NCBI GenBank assembly: GCA_963765765.1
Contig: CAVXYC010000023.1
Coordinates: forward strand, 128,001-192,000
Length of the DNA stretch: 64,000 bases
Direction: 5' to 3'
From: an uncultured Chloroflexia bacterium
Lineage (GTDB): Bacteria; Chloroflexota; UBA6077; JACCZL01
How positions within the stretch are numbered: the stretch's first letter is position 1; the number at the start of each line of letters is the position of its first letter. Both the position numbers and the translations under genes were made by a program. The notes under the pieces were generated by a model. That model searched no databases. It was given only the letters and a program-made list of their open reading frames with translations, and was not told the origin of the DNA. Below, one piece after another: positions 38,813-49,307 of the stretch.

Positions 38813-41111
38813 ATGTCAGCGATCTCCTGGCGTGAGCAGCGCGCGCGACGCTCCGCCCCCTCCGAGCAAGCTCTAGCATCGAACCTTCGCATCATTCCCT
38901 GGCTGGGAATTGTCTGCGCGGCAGCGCTTGCCATCTATCCAAACGTCCTGGCCTGGCCGGCGGCTGTCGTGGGGCTCGGCGCTGTGCTTCTTCTTGTGCA
39001 TCAGCGGGTGGCGTTCGCTTCGCCCGCTGTCAATGCTGGACTGCTTCTCTTCTCCGTGGCAATGGTTGTGGGTCTGGGCGCGGCAGGATTCACAGATCCC
39101 GCTCTGGTGCGATTCACCGGATACGGCGCGGCAATCGTGCTGGCGTTCTCAATGCTGGCTTTGATGAGCTCCCCGGCCGCGGTGCAACGTGGCGCCGCGT
39201 TGCTGGTGGCGGTCGTTGGCATCGCCGAGCTTGTGGTTCTGGCGCTTCTGCGGGGATCGTTGCCCTCCAGCCCGTTCACGCGTCTTCTTCAGCCCTTCAC
39301 CCTACTTTTCAGCGGATTCCCCGGCATCAGCGGGGACACGCTGGAGGTCAATGCGCGTTTCGCGGTACACCAGTATGGCCTGGCGCATCTGGCGCTCGTT
39401 GCGGCTCCATTCGGGATCGCCCTGGCCCTCGAGCCGGGCACCCTTAAAGTGGCGGTTAGCGGGTGCAGCCTGGGCTGTACTGCACGTCGTGCTCTTGTTA
39501 GCAACGCAGTCTCGCGGAGCAATTCTGGCACTCGCCCTTGTGGGCGCCGTCATTGGCAGCACGCGAACCCGCTGGGCCTGGCTGACCATTCCTGGAGCGT
39601 TCGCTCTGCTGGGTGTGCTCATTGTTCGCGGCACGCTCTCACGACAGGTGGAGTCGGATTGGCTGGATTTCCGGCTTTCCGTATGGGGACGCACGATGCA
39701 CATGATGGGCGATTTCCCCTTCACGGGAGTCGGATTGGGCGCCCGGACCTACGCCGAGACGTTTGCCTGGTATTTCTCGATGCCCGATCGTTATACCGTC
39801 TCGCACGCGCACAACGTGGTGCTGCAAGCGTATGCGGAGCAAGGTTTGCTGGGCGCCCTGGGCCTTGTGGCGTTGCTGCTGGGTGGCTGCGCGGTTGCTG
39901 TTCGATCGATCACGAACTCACATGGATCCAATTGGATCGCGGGTGCCGGCGCTGGTGGTGCGTTTGTCGGATCGGCACTCTACGGCCTGACGGACCAAGT
40001 GGTGACATCCGCGTTGAGCTTTACCCTCATGCTGGCGCTCCTGGCGGTGGCCAGCCGCTGCGTTCCTGTAACTGCCAATCAGATCGTTGCCTGGCCCAGA
40101 GCACAGCTCGTGGGGATTGGCGGTGTAGCGGTGGTGGCGCTTGCCAGCGTGCTTCTCGGACTCTCATTGGGAGGCCGATGGATGAGCGGGCTCGCTCTCA
40201 ACGCTGGGTCGCTGGAGCTCGTCCATGCGCTTGCTTGGCCAGCTTACAGCGGGGATGCCAGGCAGACCGCACTTCGAAACGCCGAGAGCTGGCTCACCCA
40301 ATCCACCAATCTGAACTCCAAGAACATCGCGGCGTGGCGCAACCTCGGTTGGACCCGAACGGTGCGCAATGATGTGAGCGGGGCCCATCAGGCGCTCGAG
40401 CAGGCGTCTGGATCCGAAGGGCTCGGCGTCTTCGACCGGTTCATCCTGGGTCGTCTGTACCAGCAGCTTGGCTTTACCGAGCAGGCCATTGAGCAATGGC
40501 GTGGCGCCGGTGACATTGCGCGGTTGCGGACGGCGGCGGATGAGCTCACTTCCCGAGGCCGATGGCGCGAGGCGGTCGCCGCCCACGCGGCACTGCTCAC
40601 GCTGGAACCCGACAATCCGGACCACATGTCGAATCTGGCGGTGGCGGTGCTCAACAGCGGTGGCGACCTGGAGGAGGCGTTGCGCTGGTTCAGCTCCGCC
40701 ACACAGCTCAATCCCGAGGCGGCGCGCTCTCTGGCCCGTCAGCTTGTACTGCGCGGTGAGCCGTACCGCATCAACGAGGGCCGCGGCGGCGGTGACGCGA
40801 ACAAGGCAATCTTCTGGTTCAGCCTTGCGAGTCGGGTGGACCCGAGTTATGACAGGCCAGAAGTGGAGATTGGCGCGGTCTACATGAACCGTCAGCGCTA
40901 CGCCGAAGCAGAGCCTCACTTCCGCGCCGCGCTTGCGCGAGACGATTCGGATGCGTCGCTCTGGAGCTGGATCGGCGAATCCCTGGAGGGTCAGGGCCGA
41001 CTCGCCGAAGCAGTGGAGTTCTATCGGCAGGCCGTTGCCCGGCGACCGGATCGCCCGGTACTTCTGGAGAAGCTGCAAGGGGCCGAGGCGCGCCTGGCGG
41101 CGGGGCGATGA
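38813..41111 (+). CDS. O-antigen-ligase (Wzy_C)-like membrane protein with C-terminal TPR repeats; frameshift near 39450
   Basis: 'TQSRGA', 'RLSVW...FPFTGVGLG', 'HAHNVVLQAYAEQGLLG', TPR-like helices. Confidence 0.8.
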
Positions 41112-41126
41112 TCTCCGCAACCACCG

Positions 41127-41229
41127 ACAGCGTCGCATCCCGTGAGGGTGCGATTCCTCCACCGGGTACCTCACGTCCTCGGCTGGGGAAATCTAGAAGG
41201 AACCGCACCCTCACGGGATGCGACGCTGT
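41127..41229. repeat. CGTC-tagged REP-like doublet; a related single arm lies at 34381..34407
   Basis: 'acagCGTCgcatcccgtgagggtgcgattcct' and near-perfect inverse. Confidence 0.75.
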
Positions 41230-41243
41230 TTCTGGCAGTGCCG

Positions 41244-43442
41244 ATGACCATCGCTGATTCTCGGGCATCGTTGCTCGGGACGTTGCGGGCTGTGGCGCCC
41301 ACGCGATCCACGGACATGTCCGCCGCGTCCGCTCGCGTAGCCATGGTCGCGTTGTGTCTGGCTGCGCTGGTGCTGCAGGGCGGGCTGCTACAGCCCAAGA
41401 CGTGGTTCTGGACCGGCGACATGATCTACCACCATGCGCTCATGGCTGAGATCCAGGCTGGCGAGCTCATGCCGGGCGGCCCGTACCCAGGAATGCCGGC
41501 CTTTTATTCACCATTGCTGCACTGGATGTCGGCCGGCATTGGCTTACTTACCGGCGTTCGCATTACGGAGGCGATTCGAATCGTCTCGATTCTGTTTGCG
41601 CCGCTTCTTCCTCTGGCAACGTACTGGTCGGCCCGCTCGCTGGGACTTGACCGGGCAGTCTCCATTGTCGGCGCGGTGCTCGCGACATTCGCCGGCGGGT
41701 GGAAGACCACTGAGGACCGAGTCTGGGTGGACTCACTCTTTGTTGGCCAGCACAATTTCTTCCCGACGTTTCCGAGAGACATCGCATTCATGCTGCTGCC
41801 GCTGGGATTGGTGTGCGTTTACCGAGCGGTGGTTCATGATTGGCGTCCAGGCGCGTGGCTGGCTGGAATCGCGTTTGCGTTGATGGTGCTCGCGCACACG
41901 CAAACCGCCGTGTTCGCCGCACCGCTCCTAGCGCTTTACCTGGGCCTGCTCTTCATGATGCGGCCGGACTTGCTCGGGCGAATGCTTCGAGTAAGCGTGA
42001 TCACCAGTGCGCTCACCGCCGGGCTTTCGGCCTTCTGGTGGGTCTGGGAGCTTCAGGCGATTATGGCCAGCCAATCTTTCAGCGTGGAGATGCCGGCGTA
42101 TCGCGTGCCGATCAAACTCAGCCTGGCCGAGTTCCCGATGGAGTTCGGCCTCATTCTCCTGCTCGGGCCGCTGGGCATCTTCATGACCGCCCGCCAGCTC
42201 ATTCGACACAAGGACCCATCGTCCCTGCTACTACTCGTCTGGTGGACTGCGCCCGTGTTGCTGGCAATCCTTCGGCCCAGCGGATTCCCGGGCGGCGACA
42301 CGTTTTTTCCGCGCCGACTCTGGCAGTTTGCCTCGCAACCGCTCGTGCTCATGGCCGCCTTTGCACTGGTGTGCGGCGTGCTACCCGCGTTCCGACTTCG
42401 CGGAGTTGCGGCCGTGAGTCTCGTCGCGGCCGTCTGTTTGGTATCCACGCTCCCCGCGTCTCGCGGCACCTGGGATCGGATTGCTCAATTCTGGAATGAG
42501 CCGGAGTTCGTGGACCAGGAATGGGATTTGAACGGAAATTTCGCCGTTGGTCCCTGGCTGGCGCACGAGGCACGCGCTCATGGACCTGCTACGGTGCTAT
42601 CTCCAGTTACCGAAGCAACCCTCGTCTGGTATGAGGCTGGACAGAAGGTCGTCTATCTGCATCGAACGGCGGCGATCAAGCTTGCTTTTGACGTGGCACG
42701 CTTGAGCGGATTTGGTGAGACCGAGCGCCAGACTGACGTCACTCACGCGTATTCCGGTGACCCAGCAGAGCTTGCTAATACCGCATTGAAATATGATTCG
42801 CGGTATCTGCTCGTGAAACAGTCGGGGGAGCGCCTCGCTGGAATCGATCTTCCAGCGCGTGGCCTCGTGCCTGCTGGTGACGGCCGTGGAGTTGGTCGGC
42901 TCACCACGTCAAATCACTACGAGTTTCTGGCAATGGGTGCTGGCGATCAGGCGCGCTTCTCGATCTGGAGTCCGTCCGATCGAACCGCGGATTTCCTGCT
43001 ACGGGTCAAGAGGCGTGGTCGCGGTCCGACATCGCCCGGCGCGATGTCGGTGAACGGTGCCGATTTGCCAATGACGGACGCCGAGCTCCCGCGCGATGAC
43101 TGGGCGGATGTGCGCCGAACGGTGTCGCTGAGAAGCGGCTGGAACGATGTGGAGATACGCGCCACCCAGCAACTCGAGGTGTTGCGACTGACTGGGTACT
43201 CGCTTTTGGCGAGCGATCTCCCGAGCGGCTGGCCCATGGTCTACGAGGATGGGTATTACGCGGTGCTCTCACCGTCCACCAGCGCCGCGGAAACCCCATC
43301 CTTCTTTGGACTGGGACGATCTTCGCCGCTTTCTCGCGAGGCTGGAAGCCTACGTCCGTTTCTCTCCGCTCGGTATGAAAGCGGCGAAGACGGACTCAGT
43401 CGAAAGACAGAGCTTGAATCCATTCCAGGTGACTCAGTGTGA
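41244..43442 (+). CDS. Polytopic membrane protein, putative GT-C glycosyltransferase with extracellular domain (start uncertain)
   Basis: 'GDMIYHHAL', 'FYSPLLH', many TM segments, beta-rich C-terminal region. Confidence 0.65.
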   Translation: MTIADSRASLLGTLRAVAPTRSTDMSAASARVAMVALCLAALVLQGGLLQPKTWFWTGDMIYHHALMAEIQAGELMPGGPYPGMPAFYSPLLHWMSAGIGLLTGVRITEAIRIVSILFAPLLPLATYWSARSLGLDRAVSIVGAVLATFAGGWKTTEDRVWVDSLFVGQHNFFPTFPRDIAFMLLPLGLVCVYRAVVHDWRPGAWLAGIAFALMVLAHTQTAVFAAPLLALYLGLLFMMRPDLLGRMLRVSVITSALTAGLSAFWWVWELQAIMASQSFSVEMPAYRVPIKLSLAEFPMEFGLILLLGPLGIFMTARQLIRHKDPSSLLLLVWWTAPVLLAILRPSGFPGGDTFFPRRLWQFASQPLVLMAAFALVCGVLPAFRLRGVAAVSLVAAVCLVSTLPASRGTWDRIAQFWNEPEFVDQEWDLNGNFAVGPWLAHEARAHGPATVLSPVTEATLVWYEAGQKVVYLHRTAAIKLAFDVARLSGFGETERQTDVTHAYSGDPAELANTALKYDSRYLLVKQSGERLAGIDLPARGLVPAGDGRGVGRLTTSNHYEFLAMGAGDQARFSIWSPSDRTADFLLRVKRRGRGPTSPGAMSVNGADLPMTDAELPRDDWADVRRTVSLRSGWNDVEIRATQQLEVLRLTGYSLLASDLPSGWPMVYEDGYYAVLSPSTSAAETPSFFGLGRSSPLSREAGSLRPFLSARYESGEDGLSRKTELESIPGDSV

Positions 43443-45119
43443 TCGCCAGTGAGCACATTCCGCGGAATCGTCCGCGGTTTCCTCGACTCGCGGCGATCCA
43501 CTGGTTAGATGCTGTTGTCGTCGCGCTGATCCTGGCGTATATCGTCGCACTCATCCCCGGGCTCACACGCTGGCCCGCTCTGATCAACGACGAGGGCCGT
43601 GAGGCGAATATCTTCTGGGCTGCCACGGGAGCCGATCCCTCGGCAGAGCGTATGAACGCGCATCGAGGCTTCCCCACGTGGGGCAATGGCGGGATCCAGG
43701 GCTTTACGGCCGGGCTGATTTTCCGAGCGGCGGGTGTCGGAGTCTTTCAGGCTCGACTCACCTCACTTCTGTGGGCGGCGGGCTTGCTGCTGGCAACGTA
43801 CGCCCTGGGTCGCTACTACTGGGGGCGGGCTGCCGGGCTGGCAGCCGTAATTCTGCTGGCTGTCTCCGACCCATTTCTAGTCTCCAGTCACACGCTTCGT
43901 CCGGACGTTCAGGTCATCACGCTCGTACTCGCGTCGGTACTACTTGCCGAAATTGCCGTCGCTCGATCTCAACCCCGGTGGATGCTTCTGGCAGGGTATC
44001 TGCTGGGCCTCGCGTTCGACGTGCATCCCAACACCCTGGGACTCATGCCCATGGTTGGCGCTGTGTTGCTTGTTCGCCAGGGCTGGGGATTCTGGCGCCA
44101 GCCGCACATTCGGTTCTTGATCGTGGGGCTGGTCCTGGCGGCAGCTCAATATCTGTTGTTCCGCTTTGTTCCCGACCCCGGCGGCTTCATCGCCGGGCTG
44201 CGTTACTGGGTGGGTGTGGATAAGGCGCCACCAGCAGGGCGAGAAGGTGGGGGATTTGGAGCGTTGCTCGGCAACGAGCTGGCGCGCTACTGGGACTACT
44301 TCGGTGAAGAGCAGCTCGAGCTGGCCCTCGTCGCGGTCGGCGTGCTGGCCGCGCTCGTGTGGGCCGCCCGGGGTGATCGCGGCTCACGCGTGATCCTGCT
44401 GGGCCTGGTTGCCGCGTTTGTCTTCTTCGTGGTCGCGGTAAGCACGAAGTCCAAGTACTACATGCTGCTGACCTACCCGTTTTACATGCTTTTTGTTGGG
44501 AAACTGATTCAGGATGTTTCGTTCGGGTGGATTTCGAGGGCGAGACCCCACTCCAGCCCTCCCGCGTGGCGGGGAGGGGGCTAGGGAATTGACGAACCGC
44601 CCCTCCCTGCCACGCGGGGAGGGCTGGGGTGGGGTCTCCTCGTTCCTTAGCTCAACTTCCGCCAAATCGTTCGTGCTCGCCAGCGGCGTGTTCGTCATTC
44701 TCACGTCTCTAGCTGCCTACTACCCGCTCAAAGTCGAGGATCGCGCCTGGGAGAACTACATCCGCGCGCGACGATATCGCGCGGGGCAGGAGTACACGCA
44801 GCTCACCGCGCGACTGGATGAGCTTGCTGGCCCAGGGGCGCGCATCCTCGCGCCACCCGTGTATTGGATAGGTCTCAAAGAGCACCCCTACACCGACATC
44901 TACGTGTTCGAGCGCCTCTCGCGGCAAATGAACATGACGCCTGCGCAGTTTCTCGAGGAGACTCGTCCGGACATCGTGATCACCGATGCGAAGATCGCCA
45001 CAGACCGGCGTGTGGAGCGGCTGCTATACAACGAGCTCGACGCACGGTCGAAATTCGAGCTCGTGGTTCGACACAAGAACTACGGCGACGTGGCGATCTA
45101 CCGACTGACTTGGAATTAG
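43439..45119 (+). CDS. ArnT/PMT (GT39/GT83-like) glycosyltransferase interrupted by a family-A repeat and a frame change
   Basis: 'NDEG', 'QARLTS', 'LRPD', 'KSKYYM'; C-terminal part in ORF 44514..45119. Confidence 0.7.
44542..44638. repeat. REP-like palindromic doublet, family A, copy 4 (intragenic)
   Basis: 'gagaccccactccagccctcccgcgtggcggggaggg' ... 'ggggagggctggggtggggtctc'. Confidence 0.85.
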
Positions 45120-45131
45120 CCTCAGGTCCGC

Positions 45132-45626
45132 TTAGCGTGGATGATTGGTCAGCAGCCGTAGCTCCTCTCGCACAAGCCGATCGAGCTCCGCGTGCAGCTT
45201 GATGGCGCGCTCGGCTACCTCGTTGATGGCATCTGCTGAGATGAACTGGGACTGTGGTCGGTGCTGGCCATTGCGCACGGATGCATCCGGCCGCAGGATG
45301 CGAGCTTCACCGTTCGAGTCCGCCCGCCAGGCCGAATGAATAACATCGTTCCTATCGTCGCGAAGCCGATTGGCGTCATCGAACAACGTGTCCAGGCGTT
45401 GCAGAAGCGCGGGATTGTGGCCGCGGCGCTTGATCTCGCGGCGACAGAGCGACTCGAATGTCTGCAGCGATTCGTAGAACGAAAACTTGGAAGTAACGAT
45501 CTGGCCCACCTGTCGGTCGCTGGAGATCATCTCGCCGATAATGTTTCGGAGATACTGCTCTAGGGCGGCGACATTCACGGTCACTCGTCCAAGCGCGCAC
45601 AAATGCTCATCGGTGAGAATGCTCAC
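45132..45626 (-). CDS. Hypothetical helical protein
   Basis: RBS GGAGG; 'ALGRVTVN..ALE', 'RNDVIHSAW' (HEPN-like Rx4H motif). Confidence 0.7.
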   Translation of the reverse strand: MSILTDEHLCALGRVTVNVAALEQYLRNIIGEMISSDRQVGQIVTSKFSFYESLQTFESLCRREIKRRGHNPALLQRLDTLFDDANRLRDDRNDVIHSAWRADSNGEARILRPDASVRNGQHRPQSQFISADAINEVAERAIKLHAELDRLVREELRLLTNHPR

Positions 45627-45687
45627 ATGTCCTCCGTCTTCACGCCGCGATGTATTCGCATCGTACGCCTAGAGTCTTAGATTTAGT

Positions 45688-46342
45688 ATGCCCATCCGCG
45701 CGCTGATCTTTGACTTTGACGGGCTCATTCTCGATACGGAGACTCCGGATCTCATGGCCTGGCAGGAAATCTTTGCCGAGCACGAGCTGGAGCTGGACCA
45801 CGCTTTCTGGTGCCAGTTCGTGGGACGCCACGGGGGCATGCTCGATGTCGTTGCGCATCTGGAACAGCTCGTGAGCATCGGCCTGGATAGCGAAATCATC
45901 CTGACTCGTCGACGTGAGCGCTGCATGGAGATGATCTACGCGCTGGGTCCGCGGCCAGGGGTGGAGCGCTGGTTGCTGGATGCACAAGCGGAATCAGTGC
46001 GGTGCGCTGTTGCATCTAGCTCATCGCTCGTTTGGGTGGAAGGACACCTCGAGCGGCTGGGTCTTGCTGCAGCATTTTGCAGGCGTACGATGTCGTGACC
46101 ACGTGACTCGAACCAAGCCCGATCCCGATGTCTATCTCGCGGCCATCGAGTGCCTCGGTGTTGCCGCCGACGAAGCGATAGCAATCGAGGATTCTCCGCA
46201 CGGTGTCACGGCTGCTAAAGCGGCCGGGCTCTTCTGCATCGCGGTGCCCAATGAAGTCACCCGCCCGCTGGACTTTCGTCACGCGGACATGGTGGTGGAG
46301 TCGCTGGATCAGGTAGCGCTACGCGACGTACTTGATCGCTAG
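45688..46342 (+). CDS. HAD-family hydrolase; frameshift near 46080
   Basis: 'FDFDGLILDTE', 'KPDPDVY', 'IEDSPHG'. Confidence 0.9.
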
Positions 46343-46381
46343 CCTTTGCGCCGTCACGCGGACAAGGCACTTATGGGACGT

Positions 46382-47410
46382 CTAGCTCATTCCGACACCG
46401 AGATTTGCCCGCCAGACCATCTCCACGCGCGCCATATCTACCTCAGAGAGCGGTCCCGCGCCGGATGCTTGCACGAGCTCTTCCATCTGGTCGACCTCAG
46501 AGAACCCGCCCAGCACAGCCGTAACACCGCTCTTGGCAAGGATGAAGCGATACGTCGCTTGCGCCAACGAGTGCTCGCCAGGGCGCGAAAGGAAGCTGAA
46601 GGAGGCCGACTGATCGCGGAGACGCTGCGCTTCAGGTGAATCTGCGGCGCGTCGGACCGTTGCCAGCGGATGGCTGGGATTTCCGGCGATAGCCGTGTCG
46701 GTCAGGGCGCCACTGTTGAGCGGACTATAGATCGCAACGCCAGCGCCACTTAACTCGGCTTCGTCGATGACCTCTTCCCAGTCGGTCACGTCCAGACCAC
46801 GAGGCTTGGGGTAGCCAGCGGTTGGGTTCATGAGATGGTAAGAGACGTTGAGAATATCGAAGACACCGAGATCCAGCAGACGGCGCACCGGTCCGATGCC
46901 GTCGCCACGGCAAATGAAGCCGATTGCCCGCGCCTTGCCCTGTCGCATCACGCGCTCCAGGCCCTCCAGGGCGCCATTGGGGCGCAGGTAATCCTCAATG
47001 CCGATGCGGGCGTATACGCGCCCCTCGAGTTTTGGCGCGGGGTCCACCGGAGCGTTGTGGATTTGCAGAACGTCGACATAATCGACACCGAGCCGCTCCA
47101 GGCTTGCGTCCACCGAGCGAACTACATGGCCGGCGATATCGTCCAGATTCTCGGCGCGAATCTCTACCTTGGTGTTCAAGAACGGGTGTACGTGAAGCTC
47201 GCGCAGAGCTCGGCCCAGGTTGGTTTCCGCGTCGCCGTCGCCGTAGTCGGGCGAGTTGTCGAAATAGTTGATGCCAAGCTCGATGGCCCGGGCAATCGTG
47301 TCCCGCTGCTCGGTTGGCGTTCCTCGCACCATCAGTCCGGCGTTGCCGCCGCAGCCGAACCCGATTTCCGAAATGCGAATCCCGGTTGTTCCTATTTCTC
47401 GGTATTCCAT
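46382..47410 (-). CDS. Aldo/keto reductase
   Basis: 'ISEIGFGCGG', 'NYFDNSPDYG', 'SLERLGVDYVDVLQIHN'. Confidence 0.92.
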   Translation of the reverse strand: MEYREIGTTGIRISEIGFGCGGNAGLMVRGTPTEQRDTIARAIELGINYFDNSPDYGDGDAETNLGRALRELHVHPFLNTKVEIRAENLDDIAGHVVRSVDASLERLGVDYVDVLQIHNAPVDPAPKLEGRVYARIGIEDYLRPNGALEGLERVMRQGKARAIGFICRGDGIGPVRRLLDLGVFDILNVSYHLMNPTAGYPKPRGLDVTDWEEVIDEAELSGAGVAIYSPLNSGALTDTAIAGNPSHPLATVRRAADSPEAQRLRDQSASFSFLSRPGEHSLAQATYRFILAKSGVTAVLGGFSEVDQMEELVQASGAGPLSEVDMARVEMVWRANLGVGMS

Positions 47411-47489
47411 CTCACGCTCACTTCATAGAAAATGGTCGCTGACCCGCGATGATCCTACATGATCCCGCCGCGTTCTGGACTTCAGTGAC

Positions 47490-47927
47490 ATGCCGAATGC
47501 GCCGATGAGCAACCGAGCGCGGCCCCCTCTATTCGTCTACGGGACACTGGGCGATCCGCGGATCCAGCAGGCGCTCTTTGGACGCCAGATAAGCGGGGTC
47601 TCTGCGAGACTTTCAGGTTGGGCGGTGTACTGCTCCGATGCCGACGGATTTCTCTTTATCAAGCCGAATGCTGAGGGCACGGTGGCCGGTGTGATCATCT
47701 CTCTGGATGAGCGCGAGCTAGAAATCGCGGATGCCTGGGAGGATGTACCGCTCTATCACCGCGAGATCGTGTCAGTAATGTCGGAAGCCGGTGACTGTGA
47801 GGTCTGGACTTATACGCGCCGCGAAGCGCTTGGGCGGCTGCATGAGAATGATTCGACCAGTGGTCACCCGCACAAGGAGGTACTCACCATGGCTCTGGCG
47901 CTGCGGGCGGAGATGGACACGCGGTGA
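47490..47927 (+). CDS. Gamma-glutamylcyclotransferase (AIG2-like) family
   Basis: 'LFVYGTL', 'DAWE', 'VWTY'. Confidence 0.85.
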   Translation: MPNAPMSNRARPPLFVYGTLGDPRIQQALFGRQISGVSARLSGWAVYCSDADGFLFIKPNAEGTVAGVIISLDERELEIADAWEDVPLYHREIVSVMSEAGDCEVWTYTRREALGRLHENDSTSGHPHKEVLTMALALRAEMDTR

Positions 47928-48017
47928 GATGGTTGCGAATAGAGATTGCTTTTATCGATTCGATTGGCGCCGGTGTCTGGCAATCACCGTGATCCGTGTG
48001 CTTCAGGGAGACAGTGA

Positions 48018-48506
48018 ATGAGCAACAGATGGAAGAAGGGCCGCGGGAAGCTTGGTGTGCTTAAGCCATTGCTCGGCCAGTGGCAGACGCGCGCCGAATC
48101 GGACCTCGGTCCCGTTCGGTGCACGCGCATCTTCGAGCCGGTCATGGCAGGTAGCTTCGTCCACCTGAGGGCGCGCTGGGAGTACGGTGACGCATCCAGC
48201 GGCCAGACTCGAAAGCCATATGAGGAGATCGCGCTGATTGGGATGGGAGATGACGGGACGGTCACGTTCTGGTCATTCACGTCCGATGGCAAACGCTCCG
48301 TCGGTCGACTGGCTGACGTCAGCGACTGTCACCCCGAGGCCATCGGCTTCGAAGCCCAGATGCCTGCCGGCCTGGCACGCATGGTCTACTGGCCGGCCGA
48401 GGACGATGGCTTTATCTGGGTAGTTGAGGCAAGGAACGCCAAGGGCTGGTCGCGGTTTCTGGAGCATCATTACCGTCCGCTCGGCAAACAGGGCGACCTC
48501 CGCTAG
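48018..48506 (+). CDS. Hypothetical beta-barrel-like protein
   Basis: 'LKPLLGQW', 'FWSFTSDG'; 162-aa ORF. Confidence 0.7.
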   Translation: MSNRWKKGRGKLGVLKPLLGQWQTRAESDLGPVRCTRIFEPVMAGSFVHLRARWEYGDASSGQTRKPYEEIALIGMGDDGTVTFWSFTSDGKRSVGRLADVSDCHPEAIGFEAQMPAGLARMVYWPAEDDGFIWVVEARNAKGWSRFLEHHYRPLGKQGDLR

Positions 48507-48632
48507 GAATTCAATAGCGCGAGCGGCGTGCTGCCATGGCAAGGAGTCCGAGCCGGGGCGCTTGTTGTTTTGACCTTCCGCCAAAGAGGACCCCTGGAAA
48601 TCGCGCAATAGGTAATCGAGCAAATGCTTAAA

Positions 48633-48650
48633 TGGTATGCTGGCATATCA
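48633..48650. promoter_or_regulatory. Putative TA operator palindrome
   Basis: 'tggtatgc tg gcatatca' directly at the antitoxin ATG. Confidence 0.5.
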
Positions 48651-48874
48651 TGAAGCGTACGACGATCAAGTTGCCTGATGATGTGGATGCGAAGCTCCGG
48701 AACGAGTCGGCGCGACGCGGCGTAAGCATTTCAGAGCTTACGCGGGAGGCGATTGAAGCGCATCTCGGGGTAACTTCACGGCGCAAGTTTCTCTCGGCAG
48801 GCTCAGGTCACAGCGGTGAGCTCGACATCTCAGAGCGAATTGAGGAAATTCTCGGTGAGGAGCTAACTAAATAG
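48650..48874 (+). CDS. vapB: Ribbon-helix-helix antitoxin (VapB-like)
   Basis: 'MKRTTIKLPDDVDAKLR...SISELTREAI', 'DISERIEEIL'. Confidence 0.85.
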   Translation: MKRTTIKLPDDVDAKLRNESARRGVSISELTREAIEAHLGVTSRRKFLSAGSGHSGELDISERIEEILGEELTK

Positions 48875-49287
48875 CGCTCATAGTCGATGCAGGACCGCTC
48901 TATGCTCTCATCGACGCGGATGACAAATGGCACGCCGCTTGTCGCGAATTGCTCGAGACTCACGATGGTCCGCTTATCGTGCCTCAGCTCGTTATCACTG
49001 AAGTAGCGTATCTTCTCGGGACGCGACTGGGGCCGTCGGTGGAGGTCCGCCTTCTTGGAGACTTCGCCAGCGGAGCATTTATCGCGGAGCCAATCCAAGC
49101 CAGTGATTGGCTCCGAATTGCCGAGCTCGTCTCGAAATACCGGGATCTACCGTTAGGAACCGTTGACGCTGCAGTGATAGCAAGTGCCGAGAGACATGGC
49201 GAGAAGGAAATAGCCACGCTCGACCGTCGGCATTTCGCGATCGTTCGACCAAGGCATGTCGACGCATTTCATCTGTTGCCTGACTAA
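48871..49287 (+). CDS. vapC: PIN-domain toxin (VapC), apparent ATA start
   Basis: 'ALIVDAGPLYALIDADDKWH...VITEVAYLL...LGTVDAAVIASAER...IATLDRRHF'. Confidence 0.88.
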   Translation: MALIVDAGPLYALIDADDKWHAACRELLETHDGPLIVPQLVITEVAYLLGTRLGPSVEVRLLGDFASGAFIAEPIQASDWLRIAELVSKYRDLPLGTVDAAVIASAERHGEKEIATLDRRHFAIVRPRHVDAFHLLPD

Positions 49288-49307
49288 CACGGCGCTTCGC
49301 GCCGAGT

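Noticed and set aside
40164-41174. Long antisense and alternative-frame ORFs (e.g. 40164..41174, 6327..7232, 29728..30468)
   Set aside because: Shadow ORFs expected in GC-rich coding DNA, with no recognisable motifs
17119-44638. CRISPR array or IS terminal repeats
   Set aside because: The repeats are dispersed inverted doublets, not regularly spaced direct repeats; no cas or transposase gene is in the window
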